Of a DNA stretch of 64,000 bases, positions 52,746 to 60,721 are shown piece by piece (position 1 is the first letter of the stretch; each line of letters starts with the position of its first letter). The notes under the pieces are model-generated. The model made no database searches. It was not told the DNA's origin and saw nothing but the letters and a program-made list of their open reading frames with translations. Position numbers and translations under genes: made by a program. The DNA comes from Candidatus Sumerlaeota bacterium. Its GTDB lineage: Bacteria; Sumerlaeota; Sumerlaeia; UBA8349. The stretch is taken from the NCBI GenBank assembly GCA_016931035.1, contig JAFGFN010000181.1:3664-67663 (forward strand), given 5' to 3'.

Positions 52746-52882
52746 CCTTCTTTCTGCTTCTTCACCTACGGTCTACAGACTCCAGCCTCCAGCCTTCTTT
52801 GGTTGCGGCTATGCTGCTATGAGTGTTTCGTGTACTTCGTGGTTCAAGGCTTTCTTCTTGGGTGCGCCCTCGGTCCGGGGCG

Positions 52883-54016
52883 CTAGGCGCCATGGGCTTC
52901 CCGGGCCAGGGCGAGCAGTCGGTCGGCGGCGCGGCGGGCGGCGCCGCCGGGATCGTGAAAGAGGTGTTGGGCCGCCGCCCGGCGCTGCGGGCTGAGCGCG
53001 CCGGGCGCCGCAAGTTCGGCCCGAATGGTCTCGGTCAGTTCTTCCGTGCGCGACACCACGCGGCCGATTCGCCGGCCGTGCGTCTCCAAATCCATGGCGC
53101 TGCCTTCCATCGACGCGCGCGCGGCGAGGAGCTCGGGCACGTCGATGAAGACGATCGGGCGATCCAGTATGCAGTACTCGAAGGCGACGCTGCTGGCGTC
53201 GCTGACGAGCAAGTCGGCGGCCACCAGGAGCGGCGCAACGTCGCTGTGGTGGGCCAAGCGTCCGCGCTCTCCCAAGCCGGCGCGCGCCTCGGCGATCAGA
53301 TCGTCGTAGGTCAGGCGTTTCGGAAGGTGGGGGTGGTCGTGGAGCTTGAGAATCGTGTTGACGCCCGCCGCGTCGATGGCGCGAAGGGCCGCGCGGCCCC
53401 ATTTCTCGAAACTGTTCTGCCGCGCGCCGGTGGGACACCACAAGACGGTTGGCAGACCCGGATCCAGCCCCATCCCCTCGAGCACCGCCTTGCGGTCGGT
53501 CGAACCGTCCACCAACCGGTCGAGTTTGGGCATCCCGATCAGTTCGATGCGCGGATCGTCTTCGCGCAGCAATCCGCGCGATACGTACTGTTCGATGTGA
53601 TAGCGGCCAATGAAGAAAAGCTTGTCGAACCGGAGATACTTGCGGTCGACCGCGTAGTTGCGAAACGAGACGCCCTGGAACGTCTGCACCTGGACCCGTG
53701 CGCGCCGAGGGATGATCTTCGAGTCGACGTTCGATGTCACGCAAACGGCATAGGGAAACGTGTCGCGGCCGCTGGTTCGGTGGAGATGGTTGGGATCGAC
53801 GTCGAATTCTCCGAACACGTGCGCGTTTGTCTTGGTCTCGTCCCGCGGCATCCACCAACCGAGCAGCCCCTGATAGCGGTAGCGCCCGGAGCTGAGCAGA
53901 AGACGAATCGCGGGCTCGCGACGTAGGAGTTGATAAACGGGATGGAAAAGGGTAAAGTTGACACGATGCTTGCCGCAGAACAGGATGGTGGGGGGAAACT
54001 CGGAGTCGGCGCTCAT
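52883..54016 (-). CDS. CDP-glycerol glycerophosphotransferase (TagF/TagB-like) family protein
   Basis: IGMPKLD, PTVLWCPT, LKLHD, ADLLVSDASSVAFEY and LDRPIVFID motifs. Confidence 0.8.
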   Translation of the reverse strand: MSADSEFPPTILFCGKHRVNFTLFHPVYQLLRREPAIRLLLSSGRYRYQGLLGWWMPRDETKTNAHVFGEFDVDPNHLHRTSGRDTFPYAVCVTSNVDSKIIPRRARVQVQTFQGVSFRNYAVDRKYLRFDKLFFIGRYHIEQYVSRGLLREDDPRIELIGMPKLDRLVDGSTDRKAVLEGMGLDPGLPTVLWCPTGARQNSFEKWGRAALRAIDAAGVNTILKLHDHPHLPKRLTYDDLIAEARAGLGERGRLAHHSDVAPLLVAADLLVSDASSVAFEYCILDRPIVFIDVPELLAARASMEGSAMDLETHGRRIGRVVSRTEELTETIRAELAAPGALSPQRRAAAQHLFHDPGGAARRAADRLLALAREAHGA

Positions 54017-54112
54017 CGAGGCAAGGAATTATCAGAAATCGCGCGGTGTGTCAAGTCCCGGGAAACGCGAGTATTCGACGGATATCTTCTGCGGAAGTAA
54101 ACGAATGCGACA

Positions 54113-55270
54113 ATGACCGAACCCGACAAGACTTCCCCGTCGCGCAGCCTGGCGATCCTCCACGTGGCCAGCCACGCGGGCGTGTTTCGTGGCGGAGCGG
54201 TGCAACTCTGCCGCATGGCGCTCGAGCAGAAGCGACATGGGAATCGAGTGACCGTGGCGGCCAACATGAAACGCGCCTTCTCCGACCAGGAACGCCGCGA
54301 CAACCGGGCGACCTGGGCGCATTTGACCGAAGTCGGCATTTCTCTTCTCGAACTGGATCTGGAAACGCCGGCCGGCCTTCTCGACCTTCGTCGAGCGATA
54401 CGGCGCGGCGATTTCGACATCGCGCACGCTCACCGAAACGAGGCGCTGGTCGCGGCCTGGTTGGCCTCGTGGCGCCTTCGGCGTCCCGTCCTGGTGGCTC
54501 AGCGCGGAACCGAGACGCCCCCCTCCAAATGGGCCCGCCGCGCCATTCGCTCGCGGCGCGTGCGCGCGGTCGTCGCGGTCGCCCAGGCCGTCAAGAGCGA
54601 ACTGGCGCAGGCGACCGGCCCGAGCGTGGCGGCGAAGACGCACGTGGTTTACGGAAGCGTGGACCTGGAGGCCTTCTCGCCCCGTCCGCTCGATGCCGAA
54701 TTGCGGCGCGAGTTGGGTCTGCCCCAAGGCGCGCGGGTGGTTGGGAGTCTCTCGGCCTGGCGCCTGGCGAAGAGGTTGGATCGTTTGCTCCGGATTCTCG
54801 CCGCCATCATGCGCGACCGGCCGGAGGTTCACGCGGTCTTTCTCGGGGCCGGAGTGAAGAAACGATTGGAGCCCCTGGCCGCCGAGTTGGGCGTGTCCGA
54901 CCGATGCCACGTGGTCGGTCACCAATACGACGTCGCGCGTTGGCTCTCCATCATGGAACTGACCGTCGTGTCGGCCGACAGGCGCGAAGGACTATCCGGC
55001 GTTCTTCGCGAGTCCCTGGCGATGGGAATCCCCGTCGTATCGACGGATTGCGCGGGGAACGGGGAGATCGTCCGCGACGGAGAGACGGGCCTGTTGGTGC
55101 CCACGGGAAACGCCGAGGCCCTGGAGGCCGCATTGCGGCGGGCGCTGGACGATCCCCCGGCCATGAAGGCCATGGCGCAGGCCGGACGGCGCTGGGTCGT
55201 CGAGAACTGCTCGACCGAAACGCAATTCACGCGGATCGACACGATCTATCGCTCCGTTCTGACGCGCTGA
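54113..55270 (+). CDS. Glycosyltransferase family 4
   Basis: GGAVQ, DIAHAH, VVYGSVD, EGLSGVLRESLAMGIPVVSTD and EIVRDGETGLLVP motifs. Confidence 0.9.
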   Translation: MTEPDKTSPSRSLAILHVASHAGVFRGGAVQLCRMALEQKRHGNRVTVAANMKRAFSDQERRDNRATWAHLTEVGISLLELDLETPAGLLDLRRAIRRGDFDIAHAHRNEALVAAWLASWRLRRPVLVAQRGTETPPSKWARRAIRSRRVRAVVAVAQAVKSELAQATGPSVAAKTHVVYGSVDLEAFSPRPLDAELRRELGLPQGARVVGSLSAWRLAKRLDRLLRILAAIMRDRPEVHAVFLGAGVKKRLEPLAAELGVSDRCHVVGHQYDVARWLSIMELTVVSADRREGLSGVLRESLAMGIPVVSTDCAGNGEIVRDGETGLLVPTGNAEALEAALRRALDDPPAMKAMAQAGRRWVVENCSTETQFTRIDTIYRSVLTR

Positions 55271-55414
55271 AGGCACTCTTTCGGGCCGGCAGGTCGCGTG
55301 CGCCCCGGATCCGGCGGGCGATTTGCGGTTGCGAATCGTCCGGCGGACTGCAAGACTCGGAGTGTCGAACCCCATCTTCGCTTCGACCGATTCTCCTTGC
55401 CGCAGGTTCCGCCG

Positions 55415-56368
55415 ATGTCGCACCTCTACTATATCCCTCGTCCCAACGAGACCCGGCTCGAGAGCTACTTTCGTCGCCGAGTGCTTCATCGCGTCCCCGT
55501 GCCCGTGTTTCCCCAAGTCATTCAGATTCAGACCATGAGCGGATGCAATGCGCGGTGCGTCTTCTGTCCGAACGGCCGGACGAAGAGCCGCCTCTCGATG
55601 GGAACGATGGACTGGGAGATGTTCACCGCCCTGATCGACGAGTGCGCGCAATACGAGATGAAACGCATCAGCCCCTTTCTGATGAACGAGCCCCTCCTCG
55701 ATCGCGACTTGGGTCGCAAGATTCGATACGTCACGGATCGCAAACCGAAAGGCGCGATCACCAAGATCAACTCCAACGCCTCGCTCCTGGACGAAGAGAT
55801 GGGCCGCGCCTTGATCGAATCGGGTCTGGACCGGATATCGTTCTCCGTTCACGGCATCGAGCCGGCCGAATACGAGAAGAGCATGGGAAACCTCCATCTC
55901 GAGGAGACGCTCGAGCGGATCGACCGGTTCCTGGACCTCAAGCGCAGTATGAAGGCCGACTTGCCTCGCGTGCAAGTGACGATGGTCAAGACCAAGATCG
56001 TCGAGGATCAGATTCCGAAGATTCACGACTACTGGTCGAAACGCGGCGTGCGCGTGAACATCCGCGGCCTCGGAAACCGGGCGAACAGCGATATCGGCGG
56101 CTTGGGCATCAACGTGGGGAAGTGGGAGTTGTACAGGTCGTGCACCGACCTCTTTCTTCAATCTTTCGTCATCTGGGACGGCACCGTCGTTCTTTGCTGC
56201 GTGGATTGGGAACGTTCGACCGTTCTTGGCAGCTTGCGCGAAAGCTCCCTCTACGACATCTGGAACGGCGAGAAGGCGGTCGAGATACGCCGCCGATTCC
56301 TCGCGGGCGACGTCAAGGGTCTCCTGTGCGGACGATGCACGCGCGAACCGAGCGAACGGAAGAAGTAG
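55415..56368 (+). CDS. Radical SAM / SPASM(-twitch) domain protein
   Basis: CNARCVFC and MNEPLLD; C-terminal C…WDGTVVLCCVD…G…SLYDIWNG…CGRC. Confidence 0.88.
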   Translation: MSHLYYIPRPNETRLESYFRRRVLHRVPVPVFPQVIQIQTMSGCNARCVFCPNGRTKSRLSMGTMDWEMFTALIDECAQYEMKRISPFLMNEPLLDRDLGRKIRYVTDRKPKGAITKINSNASLLDEEMGRALIESGLDRISFSVHGIEPAEYEKSMGNLHLEETLERIDRFLDLKRSMKADLPRVQVTMVKTKIVEDQIPKIHDYWSKRGVRVNIRGLGNRANSDIGGLGINVGKWELYRSCTDLFLQSFVIWDGTVVLCCVDWERSTVLGSLRESSLYDIWNGEKAVEIRRRFLAGDVKGLLCGRCTREPSERKK

Positions 56369-56550
56369 AGGCCAAGGTCGGAGATCCGAACTCCATTCCG
56401 CCGGGAGTCTCCATTCTCTCCGGAAGAGCAACGAGTCGCGAATCGTATCTCTGCGCGAGTCGGATCGAGACTCCAGAGACCGGAATCGGCAATCCTCCAT
56501 CTCGAACGGACCGGCGCGCCGCAACAAGTCGGTTCCGCGACGAATCCAAG

Positions 56551-57066
56551 TCACTCCTCGATTCCCGGGCGGGCTTGGACGCCGCGATCGAAGTAGTGCT
56601 TCACGGCCCGCATCTCGGTCACGAGGTCGGCGCGCTCGACGATGCGCGGATCGGCGTTGCGTCCGGTGAGGACGAGTTCGACGTCGTCGGGCCGCGCGTC
56701 GATCAGCGCGGTCACATCTTCGACGGCGAGAAGTCGGAAATGCGCGGCGACGAGGATTTCGTCGAGGATCACGATCGAGTACTCGCGCGAAAGCATCGCC
56801 TCGCGCGCCGCGGCGAGACCGGCGCGCGCCTGGGCCGCGTCCTCGGGCGTCGGCTTGCCCCGGATGAAGCGGTCCGAGCCGAAGCGCCGCACCGCGATCC
56901 GATCCTCGAAGCGGGCGAGCGCCTCGATCTCGCCGCTTGGGCGGCCCTTGGCGAACTGGACGATGCAGACGCTCAGGCCCGAGCCGGCGGCGCGCAGAGC
57001 CAGTCCCATCGCCGCCGTCGTCTTGCCTTTGCCGTCTCCCGTATAGACCTGGACGTAGCTTTTCAT
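56551..57066 (-). CDS. cobO: Cob(I)yrinic acid a,c-diamide adenosyltransferase
   Basis: VQVYTGDGKGKTTAAMGLALRA, IVQFAKG, VILDEI, ELVLTGR, ADLVTEM…KHYF and ARPGIE motifs. Confidence 0.93.
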   Translation of the reverse strand: MKSYVQVYTGDGKGKTTAAMGLALRAAGSGLSVCIVQFAKGRPSGEIEALARFEDRIAVRRFGSDRFIRGKPTPEDAAQARAGLAAAREAMLSREYSIVILDEILVAAHFRLLAVEDVTALIDARPDDVELVLTGRNADPRIVERADLVTEMRAVKHYFDRGVQARPGIEE

Positions 57067-57077
57067 GGGAGAACCCT

Positions 57078-57297
57078 AGTTAGGCGTTAGGCTTTAGGCT
57101 GTAGGCTTTAGGTCTGAGCCTGAAGACGGTAGATGCCAGACAGAGGGCAGTAGACAGTGAGTGGGGGTCGGGAGCTGCGGAGTCGAAACGAAACAGACGG
57201 TCTTGTCCTTACCTCTCTTCTCCATCTGTCCTTCCTCTTCCTCTCTCCTAACTAACGGCTAATGCCTACAGCCTATGGCCTAATGCCTACAGCCTGA
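57078..57297. repeat. Inverted arrays of ~7-nt repeats (TAGGCxx / xxGCCTA) between cobO and btuC
   Basis: Left arm GTTAGGCGTTAGGCTTTAGGCTGTAGGCTTTAGG; right arm GCCTACAGCCTATGGCCTAATGCCTACAGCCTGA. Confidence 0.75.
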
Positions 57298-57305
57298 TCC
57301 CACTT

Positions 57306-58304
57306 TCACACGATCCCTTTTTCCGACGAGCCGCGCAGGAGGAGCCACAAGAAGAACGGCCCTCCGAGGAACGCCGTCACCACGCCGACGGGCAACTCGA
57401 TGGGCGCAACAACCGTGCGCGCGAACGTGTCGCACACAGTGAGGAACATTCCGCCGAACAGGAAACTCGCCAACGACAAGTAGCGATGGTTCGATCCGAC
57501 CATCAAGCGACACGTGTGCGGACACATTAGGCCGACGAAGCCGATCGGCCCGCACACCGCCACGACCGCGCCCACGACGAGCGAGATCGTGAGGAACAGG
57601 ACGATCTTGAGGCGGTTCACGTTCACTCCGCGGCTCGTGGCGATGTCTTCGCCCGTCGTCATCAGGTTGAGCTCGTGGCGCAGAAAGAGGATCACGCCGC
57701 TGCCGACGAGAACGACGACCGTGAGGAGGCGCACGTCGCCGTAGTCGACCGTTTGCAGTCCCCCCATGAGCCATCTCAGAATGCGGAACGAATCGTACAA
57801 GTTGCTCGTGAATTGGACGAAGAGGATCAGACTGGAGAAGAAGAAGCTGATCGCCACGCCCGCCAGGAGCATTGTCGCGGTCGAAAAACCCTTCTTGAGC
57901 CGCGTGAGGCCATAGACCGCGGCCGTGGCCGTGAGCGCGCCCAGGAAGGCGCAGATCGAAACCGCGCCGCCTCCGAGGGCCGTTCGAAACACTCCCAGCC
58001 GGACCCCCAGCGCGGCGCCGAGCGAGGCGCCGCTCGCGATTCCGAGAGTGAAGGGGGTCGCCAGCGGGTTGCGGAACATCGCCTGAAACGACATGCCGCT
58101 CAACGACAGGGCGGCGCCCGCGAGAAACGACAAGAGCACCCGAGGAATCCGGATTTGCCAGAGCACGCTGGCCTCGGGAGTGTCGTCGAAGGGATGCAGG
58201 AACGTCGAGAAGGGAACATCGACGGCGCCGATCAGAGGCGACAGGCCCAACGCCGCGAGAGCCGCCAATCCGAGGACCCAGTTGATACGCGACGGCCGCG
58301 TCAT
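57306..58304 (-). CDS. btuC: ABC transporter permease, FecCD/BtuC family
   Basis: IRIPRV, QAMFRNPLATP, LLAGVA, WLMG, GPIGFVGL and ELPVGVVTAFLGGPFF motifs; riboswitch context. Confidence 0.88.
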   Translation of the reverse strand: MTRPSRINWVLGLAALAALGLSPLIGAVDVPFSTFLHPFDDTPEASVLWQIRIPRVLLSFLAGAALSLSGMSFQAMFRNPLATPFTLGIASGASLGAALGVRLGVFRTALGGGAVSICAFLGALTATAAVYGLTRLKKGFSTATMLLAGVAISFFFSSLILFVQFTSNLYDSFRILRWLMGGLQTVDYGDVRLLTVVVLVGSGVILFLRHELNLMTTGEDIATSRGVNVNRLKIVLFLTISLVVGAVVAVCGPIGFVGLMCPHTCRLMVGSNHRYLSLASFLFGGMFLTVCDTFARTVVAPIELPVGVVTAFLGGPFFLWLLLRGSSEKGIV

Positions 58305-59092
58305 ACCGCCACCCCCTGCGGCGCAACGATCGTGCGGCCGGTCGCCTCGTGGCGGATGAACTCGAACGCCGCGTCGTAGATGCGCGCGAGCACGCCTTCG
58401 TCCAGAACGCCGCTCGCCTCGCCCGAGTAGACCACGCTCCCGCGCTTGAGCGCCAGGATGCGATCGCTCGACAGCAGCGCGCAGTTTACGTCGTGGGTCA
58501 CGGCGACGACGGTCGCCCCCGACTCGCGGTTGATGCGTTTGAGAAGCGCCAGGATATCGGCCTGATGGCGATAGTCGAGAAACGTGGTCGGTTCGTCGAG
58601 AAGCAGGATGCGAGGTTCCTGGGCGAGCGCGGCGGCGATGTGGACCTTCTGGCGTTCGCCGCCGCTCAACGTGTCGAGCCTACGATCCACGAACTCGATC
58701 GAGCCCGTGAGTTCGAGCGCGCGGCGCACCGCCTCTTCGTCCGTTTTCCTAATCGAGGAAAAGGGACTGAGATGCGGATAGCGTCCCATCATGACAAACT
58801 CGTGGACGGTGAAGGGAGAGGTGGCGGCGTCGGCCTGGGGCACGTAGCTCATGAGTTTGGCCAGGTTCTTCTGCGAGTATTCGCGCAAGGGCCGTCCGGC
58901 GATCCGGATCGCGCCTTCGGTGCCGGAATAGATTCGGTCGAGACACTTGAGGAGGGTGGTCTTGCCCGCGCCGTTGGGCCCGACCACGCACCAATACTCT
59001 CCTTCGCCGACCGACATCGACACGTCGCGGAGAATCGGCTTGCGGCCGATCCGGAACGAAAGGCTCTCGATCTCGACGATCGGTTGGGTCAT
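58301..59092 (-). CDS. btuD: ABC transporter ATP-binding protein, BtuD/FecE family
   Basis: GPNGAGKTT, VMMGRYPH, LSGGERQ, LLLDEPT and VTHD motifs. Confidence 0.9.
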   Translation of the reverse strand: MTQPIVEIESLSFRIGRKPILRDVSMSVGEGEYWCVVGPNGAGKTTLLKCLDRIYSGTEGAIRIAGRPLREYSQKNLAKLMSYVPQADAATSPFTVHEFVMMGRYPHLSPFSSIRKTDEEAVRRALELTGSIEFVDRRLDTLSGGERQKVHIAAALAQEPRILLLDEPTTFLDYRHQADILALLKRINRESGATVVAVTHDVNCALLSSDRILALKRGSVVYSGEASGVLDEGVLARIYDAAFEFIRHEATGRTIVAPQGVAV

Positions 59093-59116
59093 GGGGTCGG
59101 TTCCGTCGAGTCGTCC

Positions 59117-59329
59117 GTGAGCCTGAAGGGCTCACCTACTAAAGGCCAGGGCAACGCCCTGGCAAACGCGATCTCTGTCGCTCTTCCAGCCCTGTAGGGG
59201 CGTTCTATCAGACGCATGATGGTCCACCCCGGTTATAATAGGACGCCCTTACAGGGCTCTCCGTGCTTGTTGCGGCGTTCTTTCCCAGGGCGTTGCCCTG
59301 GGCTCCACTAGAGCCGCGCCTTTGGCGCT
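59117..59329. repeat. REP/BIME-like composite palindromic element, family A, copy 2
   Basis: Same arm order as 15301-15515 and 46 identical leading bases; the spacers differ. Confidence 0.85.
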
Positions 59330-59416
59330 GTCTCTTCAGCTACCGCAAGCGCTTCGACCCGTGCCAATCCTGCCGGGTAGAGACCCGCACAGAACGAGAT
59401 CGTTGAACAGCGTCAG

Positions 59417-60334
59417 TCATGGGGTCTCCCATTCCGCGTTGGGATGAAGCAGCCGGGCGACCGTCTCGATCGTCAAGACGAGCCTCGGGCCGGGGCGCAG
59501 GGCGTATGTGTCCTCGACGACGTAAACCCGCCTGTTCTCGACGGCGGCGACGTGCCGCAACTCCATCCACTGGGCCTCGACCTGAGCGCGCGTCTGGCCG
59601 GTTTTCGAAAGATCGCCCACGAGGTCGATGATCGTCTCCGGATTCAGATCGAGGATTCCCTCGTAGGAAACCGACGGATAGAGAATCCCCGAGGTTTTGC
59701 AGACGTTGCGTCCCCCCGCCAGCTCGAGCAGGTCGTTGTAGAGACTGTTCGGACCGGCGATATAGGCCTCCTCGAGTTTCTCCGAACCCATGTTGCGCCC
59801 GATCGAGACCAGCACGGTCGGGCGGTCGAGACCCTCGACCTTCTTCCGGACTCGCTCGATTCTCCTTTCCATGCTCTCGACGATTTCTCGCGCCTTGTCG
59901 GCGCATCCCACCGCCTGGCCGATGGAGGTGATCGAATCCACGATGGCCGTTACCTGTTCGTGGTTCACGCTCAGCGTGCGCACGCCCAGCGCTTCGAGTC
60001 GCATCTTCACCTCTTCTTGACTCGCAAGAAGAACCGCGAGGTCGGGGCGTAGCGAGACGATCACTTCGTAATTGGGGTCGAAGAACCCCCCGACGCGCGT
60101 CCGCGAAGCGGCCTCCTCGGGGTAGTCGCAGAACGAGGTCACGCCGACGACGCGTTCTCCAGCGCCCAGGGCGAACAACGTCTCGGTCAGGCTCGGCGCC
60201 ATCGAGACGATTCGCTCCGGCGCGGCGGCCGGTTCCGGGTCGCCAAGGGACATCGAGGCGACACCCCACCCAAAGAGAAAAGCCGCCCATCGCGCGGCGC
60301 GCAAGATTCTCGGTCGGTTTGGGCCCACTGACAC
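59417..60334 (-). CDS. btuF: Cobalamin ABC transporter substrate-binding protein
   Basis: ERIVSMAPSLTETLFALG, VVGVTSFCDYP, LRPDL, AGGRN, AVENRRV and RPGPR motifs. GAGGAG lies upstream of GTG 60334. Confidence 0.88.
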   Translation of the reverse strand: MSVGPNRPRILRAARWAAFLFGWGVASMSLGDPEPAAAPERIVSMAPSLTETLFALGAGERVVGVTSFCDYPEEAASRTRVGGFFDPNYEVIVSLRPDLAVLLASQEEVKMRLEALGVRTLSVNHEQVTAIVDSITSIGQAVGCADKAREIVESMERRIERVRKKVEGLDRPTVLVSIGRNMGSEKLEEAYIAGPNSLYNDLLELAGGRNVCKTSGILYPSVSYEGILDLNPETIIDLVGDLSKTGQTRAQVEAQWMELRHVAAVENRRVYVVEDTYALRPGPRLVLTIETVARLLHPNAEWETP

Positions 60335-60344
60335 GTCTCCTCTC

Positions 60345-60385
60345 AAGAAAGAACCCCGGCCTGAAGAAGAACCTCAGATCCGGGG
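60345..60385 (-). terminator. Putative intrinsic terminator / expression platform downstream of the cobalamin riboswitch
   Basis: Minus strand CCCCGG-ATCTGAGG…TCTTCAGG-CCGGGG hairpin followed by TTCTTTCTT, immediately before the btuF RBS. Confidence 0.55.
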
Positions 60386-60457
60386 ATACCGTGTTCTACC
60401 CTCGGATGACGATCCCGAGACCGGGCCGTTCCGCGACGCCCGCGCTCGGTTCTCGAT

Positions 60458-60637
60458 TCCCTGGGCGGGTCTTCTGGCTCTCGGATCATCCTGCTCGCCG
60501 CGCCTTCCCATCCGATCGCTCGAGATCGGACAGTGGCCTGGAGTGCGGGTTTCGTCACCGATCACAGCGGCGGGACCGCAACGGATTCGCACCGTTTTCC
60601 CATCCGGCCCAAGCGGGCCGCGCCCAACGGAAGTCCT
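60458..60637 (-). ncRNA. Cobalamin (AdoCbl) riboswitch
   Basis: Minus strand GGGAAAACGGTGCGAATCCGTTGCGGTCCCGCCGCTGTGA … GCCACTG…GGGAAGGC … GAGCCAGAAGACCCGCC (B12 box). Lies upstream of btuFDC-cobO, with TTGACA at 60661-60666 just upstream. Confidence 0.93.
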
Positions 60638-60721
60638 AGTAGAATCCCCGGACCCGCGAATGTCAAGCGCGAAGCCCGGCGTGGGGAGGCGAGGAGGCTT
60701 GGCGTGGCGCAGTGGGACGCG

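Noticed and set aside
54028..54054. TTGACA…GATAAT promoter for the TagF-like gene
   Set aside because: The spacer is only 15 nt, too weak to call.
54046..57090. 1014-aa plus-strand ORF, and similar long alternative-frame ORFs (e.g. 675..2363, 10014..11921, 36503..38731, 39672..42071, 42595..44643)
   Set aside because: Low-complexity R/G/P-rich or antisense shadows of well-supported genes, as expected in high-GC DNA.
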